10,136 nt of DNA. It comes from an uncultured Gammaproteobacteria bacterium (lineage in GTDB: Bacteria > Patescibacteriota > Patescibacteriia > UBA2591 > UBA6264). The position numbers were made by a program, and so were the translations under genes. This document shows, piece after piece, positions 1-4,227 of this stretch. The notes under the pieces were generated by a model. It was given only the letters and a program-made list of their open reading frames with translations. It searched no databases and was not told the origin of the DNA. Location of the stretch: assembly GCA_964617525.1 (NCBI GenBank), contig CAZTWG010000016.1:1-10136 (forward strand). Direction: 5' to 3'. Every line of letters starts with the position of its first letter. Position 1 is the stretch's first letter.

Positions 1-186
1 ACATAAATTAATGTAATTTAATTATAAGAACCTGCTTCGCAGAACCTTGAAATTAAATATTATTCTACATAAATTAATGTAATTTAATTATAAGAACCTG
101 CTTCGCAGAACCTTGGGATAAGAACCTGCTTCGCAGAACCTTGAAATTAAATTTTTATTGCATAAATAATAATGTAATTTAATTAT
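1..186. repeat. Tandem ~66-nt intergenic module (two full units plus one truncated; array probably continues left of the window)
   Basis: 1-49 recurs exactly at 67-115 (period 66). The module has three parts. First is a 33-nt core AAGAACCTGCTTCGCAGAACCTTGAAATTAAAT (26-58, 120-152; truncated after CCTTG at 92-115). Second is an 8-nt variable linker. Third is ACATAAATTAATGTAATTTAATTAT (1-25, 67-91; variant with a 2-nt insertion at 161-186 whose last AT is part of the exonuclease ATG). The core holds direct heptamers AGAACCT-N7-AGAACCT (27-33, 41-47) and a 4-bp CTGC/GCAG mini-hairpin. Confidence 0.9.
141..168 (+). promoter_or_regulatory. Possible sigma70-like promoter for the exonuclease gene, embedded in the repeat module
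   Basis: TTGAAA (141-146), 16-nt spacer, TAAATA (163-168), about 17 nt before the ATG at 185. The equivalent upstream copy reads TTGAAA (47-52)-17 nt-TAAATT (70-75). Such hexamers arise easily by chance in AT-rich DNA. Confidence 0.3.
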
Positions 187-1111
187 GGAAAAATTTATTA
201 TCATTGATGCTTCAGCCGTCCTCCATCGCGCATGGCACGCTCTTCCTAAACTAAAAAACTCTAGAGGACAGACGATTAATGCAGTTCATGGCTTTACCTC
301 TCTTATCTTAAGAACACTATATATAGATAGACCTGACTATTTAGCTGTTGCATTTGATACCAAGGCTCCTACTTTTCGGCACAAAAAATACAAAGAATAT
401 AAAGCCAACCGAATTTCTCAACCTCCTGAATTTTACAAACAAATCCCTTGGGCTAAACTAGTGTTAGAAGCCTTCAACTTAAAGTCGTTTAGTCAAAATG
501 GATTGGAAGCTGACGATTTAATAGGAGCTTTAAATAATACAAAAAAAGAAATAAATAACTTAAGCGCCAGAATTATCACTGGCGATTTAGATTTATTACA
601 ATTAGTAGACCCTAAAACAGAAGTTTATTTTTTACGACAAGGTTTAAACGAAAATAAAATATATAACTCAGCAGAAGTCTTTGAACGTTTTGGGGTTTAT
701 CCCAAACAAATAATTGACCTCAAAGCATTGGTTGGCGACCCATCAGACAATATTTCTGGTTTAGCAAAGGTTGGCCCCAAAACAGCAGCTGAATTGATTC
801 AAAAATTTGGGAACATAGAAAGTATTTATCAATACCTAGAAGAACATTCTTCTCTTGAGTCAAAAAATTTGATAAGAGAATCTTTATCTCAAAATCTTAT
901 TAAAAATAAGGAAAAAGTTCTTTTGAATAAAATGTTAGTAACAATAAAAGATGAAGCCCCTGGAATAAATTTATCAGCTCTCCAAAATTGCAAAATTTTA
1001 GAAACTGACATAGAAAAAGTTTTAAAAGTTTTTAAAAAACTAGGGTTCAAGAGCTTAACCAAAAGGTTAATAACTTTAGCTGCCAAAGAAAAACAAACTA
1101 AATTATTTTAA
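185..1111 (+). CDS. Stand-alone 5'-3' exonuclease / flap endonuclease (Pol I N-terminal domain family, no polymerase domain)
   Basis: 308 aa. Family motifs seen: N-terminal IIIDASAVLHRAWHAL, GLEADDLIGAL, ITGDLDLLQLV, and the H3TH segment GDPSDNISGLAKVGPKTAAELIQKFGNIESIY. It ends at TAA 5 nt before holA. Confidence 0.9.
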   Translation: MEKFIIIDASAVLHRAWHALPKLKNSRGQTINAVHGFTSLILRTLYIDRPDYLAVAFDTKAPTFRHKKYKEYKANRISQPPEFYKQIPWAKLVLEAFNLKSFSQNGLEADDLIGALNNTKKEINNLSARIITGDLDLLQLVDPKTEVYFLRQGLNENKIYNSAEVFERFGVYPKQIIDLKALVGDPSDNISGLAKVGPKTAAELIQKFGNIESIYQYLEEHSSLESKNLIRESLSQNLIKNKEKVLLNKMLVTIKDEAPGINLSALQNCKILETDIEKVLKVFKKLGFKSLTKRLITLAAKEKQTKLF

Positions 1112-1116
1112 AGTGT

Positions 1117-2100
1117 ATGGTAATATTCCTATATGGTTCCGATACCTATAGCTCTTCTGCTAAGTTATCGCTACTAAAAGAGAAATTCATTTCTGAAAGA
1201 TCTCAGAGTAATTTAAATGTATCTACATTATCTGCCCATGGTTTAAAAATTGAAAAATTTCGTCAAGCCATTTTAAGTAGTGGCCTTTTTTCTGAAAAAA
1301 GGATGGTTATTCTGCAGAACCTATTAAAAAAAGAAACTACTGCCTCGGGCAACGAATTTATTAAAGGAGTATTAAATATTATTAAAAAGATTCAAGAAGA
1401 TAAAAAAAATATTCTTATATTTAAAGAAGAAGAAATAAAAGAAAAAGATTTAAGTGATGCTCAAAAAAAATTATTTACCATCTTAAAAAAAGAAAAATTT
1501 TATCCTGAATTTAAACCATTGACTAAAGGCAAGGTTAAAATCTGGCTCGAAAAATTTATTCAAGAAAAAAACTTAACAATAGAAAGCCAAGCTCTTGATT
1601 ATATAGTTGACACGTTAGGGAATAACCTTTGGTTAATAAAAAACGAATTAGATAAATTAATTGCCAACCTTTCTGGGAATCAAATTCAAACTAGAGACGT
1701 CAAAAGCTTGATTGAACCTACCGCTGAACAAAATATTTGGAACCTCATTGATGCTTTTGGGCAAAAAAATAAAAAACTGGCTAGTCAGTTATTGTTAGAA
1801 CAGATAGAAGCTGGAATGACTACTGACTATATTATATCTATGCTTAACTATCAGTATAAAATTATCATGCGCGTAAAATCATATGTAAAAGAAAAATCAA
1901 TACATATATCACCTAGACAAATCGCTAGAGATTTATCCTTGCATCCTTATGTTTGCCAAAAAGCCCTTGCGCAACAACAAAATTACGAGATGAGAGAATT
2001 AAAAAATATCTATCAACAACTATTAAAAATAGATATTCTAAAAAAAACTCGACATATTAATGCCGAGATTCTCCTAAATTTATTAATTTTGAAAAGCTAG
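1117..2100 (+). CDS. holA: DNA polymerase III delta subunit (HolA)
   Basis: 327 aa. Has the HolA-like N-terminus VIFLYGSDTY...KRMVILQN. The central NLWLIKNELDKL and C-terminal helical domain IWNLIDAFGQKNKKLASQLLLEQIEAGM resemble the delta-subunit pattern. Size and position after a replication/repair gene fit. Confidence 0.75.
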   Translation: MVIFLYGSDTYSSSAKLSLLKEKFISERSQSNLNVSTLSAHGLKIEKFRQAILSSGLFSEKRMVILQNLLKKETTASGNEFIKGVLNIIKKIQEDKKNILIFKEEEIKEKDLSDAQKKLFTILKKEKFYPEFKPLTKGKVKIWLEKFIQEKNLTIESQALDYIVDTLGNNLWLIKNELDKLIANLSGNQIQTRDVKSLIEPTAEQNIWNLIDAFGQKNKKLASQLLLEQIEAGMTTDYIISMLNYQYKIIMRVKSYVKEKSIHISPRQIARDLSLHPYVCQKALAQQQNYEMRELKNIYQQLLKIDILKKTRHINAEILLNLLILKS

Positions 2101-2113
2101 AAATACAATAAAA

Positions 2114-2377
2114 TCATTCTAAAAGATGTAATTTCTTAAATAAACGTGATTTACTGCGACTAGCAGTATTTTTTTTAATAACTCCTTTTTGAGCTGCTTT
2201 GTCTAAAAATTTCTGCAATTTCAAATAAAAATCACTAGCAATTTTTTTATCCTTTTTGGCTATTGCTTTTAAAAACTGACGCTTAAGCCAGCTAATATTA
2301 GTCTTAATTCCTTTGTTATAAATTTCTCGTTTTTTGGACTGACGAACTGCCTTAAACGCAGACTTTTTGATTGGCAT
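2114..2377 (-). CDS. rpsT: 30S ribosomal protein S20
   Basis: 87 aa, MPIKKSAFKAVRQSKKREIYNKGIKT... is the typical basic S20 N-terminus. It ends with TGA, showing that TGA is a stop in this genome. Confidence 0.92.
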   Translation of the reverse strand: MPIKKSAFKAVRQSKKREIYNKGIKTNISWLKRQFLKAIAKKDKKIASDFYLKLQKFLDKAAQKGVIKKNTASRSKSRLFKKLHLLE

Positions 2378-2396
2378 ATATAATTAGTTATTAATT

Positions 2397-2687
2397 TTAA
2401 AACGATTCTTTCTCATAATCTTCCATATTGTCTTTTTCTAACATTTTTTGTTCTTGAGCAATCAAGTCGTCCCACTTATTCTGTCCTCCGACAAGAACAT
2501 TTAAACGTGCTTTAAAATTCTCGTTAAAATCTTCAATAGACTTAATGTCTTTATTAAAAATATTCAAAAGCTCTTCCAATACGCTTTCCGGTAAAATCGG
2601 CAAGAAAACTAACAAATCGTTTTGGTCAGTTATTGAAATTGAAGAAGAGCCAATAATTTCTCCTAATTGTTGTAATATTTTCGACAT
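2397..2687 (-). CDS. Hypothetical small acidic protein (96 aa)
   Basis: Uninterrupted ORF with an ATG start, 19 nt upstream of rpsT on the same strand. About 19 D/E versus 9 K/R, predicted helical. I recognise no family motif. Confidence 0.6.
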   Translation of the reverse strand: MSKILQQLGEIIGSSSISITDQNDLLVFLPILPESVLEELLNIFNKDIKSIEDFNENFKARLNVLVGGQNKWDDLIAQEQKMLEKDNMEDYEKESF

Positions 2688-2696
2688 GAGTACATA

Positions 2697-2960
2697 TTAA
2701 ACCACTATTTCTTCGGGATTCTTGGCTATTATCCCACATAATGTCTTGCTAGCTTCAATTATTGTTAACTGAGTGCTTGATTCAAATTTTTTTAATAACT
2801 CCTGTTCTCTCTCGTTTCCAGCTAAATATTCTTTGTTCTGTAAAATCGAAACACCCTCTCTCTTTATTTCTTGGAGTTTTCTTATAATTGACTGTTTCCC
2901 CTCGCTCAATTTATTTTCAGGGGTGACTAATTCCCCAAATTTTTCCATATTGTATATCAT
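2697..2960 (-). CDS. Hypothetical small protein (87 aa; alternative start at Met5, nt 2948)
   Basis: ORF 9 nt upstream of the 96-aa ORF, preceded by a near-consensus promoter. MEKF... at Met5 resembles other N-termini in the window (MEKFIII, MEKIAVI). No recognisable family motif. Confidence 0.55.
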   Translation of the reverse strand: MIYNMEKFGELVTPENKLSEGKQSIIRKLQEIKREGVSILQNKEYLAGNEREQELLKKFESSTQLTIIEASKTLCGIIAKNPEEIVV

Positions 2961-3001
2961 ATAAATAATTCTTAAACCCCGTCCATTTATTAGATATCAA
3001 T

Positions 3002-3030
3002 ATCATAACAAATTTTCTCCATCTTGTCAA
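3002..3030 (-). promoter_or_regulatory. Near-consensus sigma70-type promoter for orf87-orf96-rpsT
   Basis: Minus strand reads TTGACA (3030-3025), 17-nt spacer, TGT-TATGAT (TG-extended -10; -10 at 3007-3002). This lies about 40 nt upstream of the ATG at 2960. The -35 overlaps a plus-strand TTGTCA (3024-3029) in the quasi-palindrome TTGTCAA. Confidence 0.5.
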
Positions 3031-3058
3031 ATTAAATAAAATCTTTAAAATAAGAAAT

Positions 3059-3637
3059 ATGATTTCTTCAATTCAAGGAACAATTAATAGCAAAGACAAA
3101 GAATCTGTTGAAATAGTAATCAATGGATTGGGGTATAAAATATTTATCACCAAACCTCTATTAGCTAAGGTTAAAGTTGGACAAACTATAAAACTTTTCA
3201 CCAAACTTCAAGTAAAAGATGACTCTTTAAGCTTGTATGGATTAGCGACTCAATCTGAAATGGAATACTTTAAACGATTAATATCTGTTTCTGGGATTGG
3301 AGTTAAGTCAGCACTAAATATTCTATCTTTGGTTAGTTTAAAAAACTTAGAAAATGCAATCATTAACAAAGAGGTTGAATCTCTTACTAAAATATCGGGC
3401 ATTGGTAAAAAAACAGCCGAGAGAATCATACTAGAACTAAAAGGAGTTGTTGGAAAAAACTCCCTTTCTGCTTCTGATATTAAAAACGACGTTTTAGCGA
3501 TTGATGCCCTATTGGAAATGGGATACTCAATCCAACAGGCTAGAAAAGCTATTCAACAAATCTCATCTTTTCAAAACATAAGAGCAGAAGAAAAAATAAA
3601 AAGAGCTCTTAAAATTTTGTCTTCCAGGGAGAAATAG
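3059..3637 (+). CDS. ruvA: Holliday junction branch-migration complex subunit RuvA
   Basis: 192 aa. Has MISSIQGTI...VEIVINGLGYKIFI (OB domain) and two HhH motifs, LISVSGIGVKSALNILS and LTKISGIGKKTAERIILELKG. No ruvB is adjacent. Confidence 0.92.
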   Translation: MISSIQGTINSKDKESVEIVINGLGYKIFITKPLLAKVKVGQTIKLFTKLQVKDDSLSLYGLATQSEMEYFKRLISVSGIGVKSALNILSLVSLKNLENAIINKEVESLTKISGIGKKTAERIILELKGVVGKNSLSASDIKNDVLAIDALLEMGYSIQQARKAIQQISSFQNIRAEEKIKRALKILSSREK

Positions 3638-3644
3638 AAAATAA

Positions 3645-4019
3645 TTATTTCTTTTTTGAGGCCGAAATTGTGCTTTCCTTTTTTGCTTTTATGGCCTCTT
3701 CCTCTAAGATTTTAATAATTTTAATTTCCGTATACAATTGCCTATGGCCTTGTTTCTTGAAATAACGAGTTTTAGGCTTATATTTAATGATACTAATCTT
3801 ATCTCCTTTCTTTTGAGAAATAATCTCAGCATTAACATTAATTTTAAGAATCGGCTGACCAATCGCCGTTTTTTTTTGCTTAAAATCTACAAACAACAAA
3901 ACATCTTTAATGGAAATTTTATCTCCAACATGGCCATCAATCTTTTCAATAGACAAAATATCTCCCTCTTGAACTAAATACTGTTTTCCTCCTGTTTTAA
4001 TTACTGCTATTTTCTCCAT
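3645..4019 (-). CDS. rplU: 50S ribosomal protein L21 with Lys-rich C-terminal extension
   Basis: 124 aa. MEKIAVIKTGGKQYLVQEGDILSIEKI and KKQGHRQLYTEIKI are classic L21. About 20 extra C-terminal residues (LEEEAIKAKKESTISASKKK). Confidence 0.92.
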   Translation of the reverse strand: MEKIAVIKTGGKQYLVQEGDILSIEKIDGHVGDKISIKDVLLFVDFKQKKTAIGQPILKINVNAEIISQKKGDKISIIKYKPKTRYFKKQGHRQLYTEIKIIKILEEEAIKAKKESTISASKKK

Positions 4020-4024
4020 AGTTT

Positions 4025-4048
4025 AATCTTAATAATAATCTTAATAAT
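4025..4048. repeat. Perfect tandem 12-mer x2 immediately upstream of the rplU start
   Basis: AATCTTAATAAT at 4025-4036 and again at 4037-4048. On the minus strand this reads ATTATTAAGATT x2 followed by AAAC-ATG. Confidence 0.85.
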
Positions 4049-4052
4049 AATT

Positions 4053-4094
4053 ATAACAACCTGTCCTCACTTTGTCCGTCGAGAATGTTGTTAT
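4053..4094. other. 8-bp perfect inverted repeat (potential hairpin) in the putative rplU leader
   Basis: ATAACAAC (4053-4060) pairs with GTTGTTAT (4087-4094) across a 26-nt loop. Within the loop, GAGG/TCTC-type inner pairing is possible on the minus-strand RNA (UCUC...GAGG). Confidence 0.5.
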
Positions 4095-4110
4095 TCGCTT
4101 TGCTCATAGC

Positions 4111-4180
4111 AAGAACTTGCTTCGCAGAACCTTGAAATTAAATTACTTTATATATAACTAATGTCAAGGTGATTTAATTG
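4111..4180 (+). repeat. Dispersed fourth copy of the left-edge intergenic module
   Basis: 4111-4143 AAGAACTTGCTTCGCAGAACCTTGAAATTAAAT matches the 33-nt core at 32/33. An 8-nt linker follows, then a diverged second half ATATAACTAATGT[CAAGGTG]ATTTAATTG (4152-4180). Confidence 0.85.
4140..4167 (-). promoter_or_regulatory. Possible promoter for rplU
   Basis: Minus strand reads TTGACA (4167-4162), 16-nt spacer, TAATTT (4145-4140). This would give a leader of roughly 110 nt that starts inside the repeat core. The 7-nt insertion in the module copy creates the TTGACA. Confidence 0.35.
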
Positions 4181-4227
4181 TAAAATCTGTATCTTCTTAT
4201 TATAAATAAATAAAAGAATTAAGCAAG

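Noticed and set aside
26-49. LexA/SOS box upstream of the DNA-repair exonuclease (GAAC...GAAC)
   Set aside because: The core has GAAC-N10-GAAC as a direct repeat. The known direct-repeat SOS box of Alphaproteobacteria is GAAC-N7-GAAC, and the Gram-positive Cheo box is the palindrome GAAC-N4-GTTC. Neither spacing nor symmetry matches, and a copy also sits next to rplU.
1-186. CRISPR array reading of the left-edge repeats
   Set aside because: The sequences between the 25-33-nt cores are themselves repeated (the period-66 unit is identical at 1-49 and 67-115). One unit is truncated with only 3-4 nt before the next core, and no cas genes or leader are visible. It is a tandem duplication, not repeat plus unique spacers.
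889-1086. Antisense or shadow ORFs from the track (889..1086 -, 2773..2964 +, 3738..3977 +, 4352..4570 +, 5597..5842 +)
   Set aside because: Each lies entirely within, and antisense to, a gene with strong family motifs. Their translations are low-complexity or hydrophobic with no motifs. Long antisense ORFs are expected by chance opposite real genes.
2114-2116. Alternative genetic code (UGA recoding, as in some CPR lineages)
   Set aside because: rpsT and rnpA terminate at TGA at the expected protein lengths, and all family-recognisable ORFs are full length under the standard bacterial code.
2397-2960. Toxin-antitoxin pair (two adjacent ORFs under 100 aa)
   Set aside because: I see no recognisable toxin fold motif (no PIN, RelE, MazF, HicA, Doc or Fic signatures) and no DNA-binding antitoxin motif (RHH, HTH, AbrB). 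The second gene is strongly acidic and the pair is in line with rpsT. It is kept only as an unknown pair.
3024-3058. Confident promoter for ruvA
   Set aside because: TTGTCA (3024-3029) is present, but the best -10 candidates at 17-18 nt (AAAATA/AAATAA) are poor and sit only about 6 nt before the ATG. I therefore did not call it as a feature.
4072-4143. tRNA-Met-like element (CTCATAG loop with CAT at 4105-4107 closed by TTTG/CAAG)
   Set aside because: Anchoring the anticodon at positions 34-36 gives no complementary acceptor stem (TTGTCCG versus ATTAAAT), no GTTCRA T-loop and no D-arm. It is only a short hairpin.
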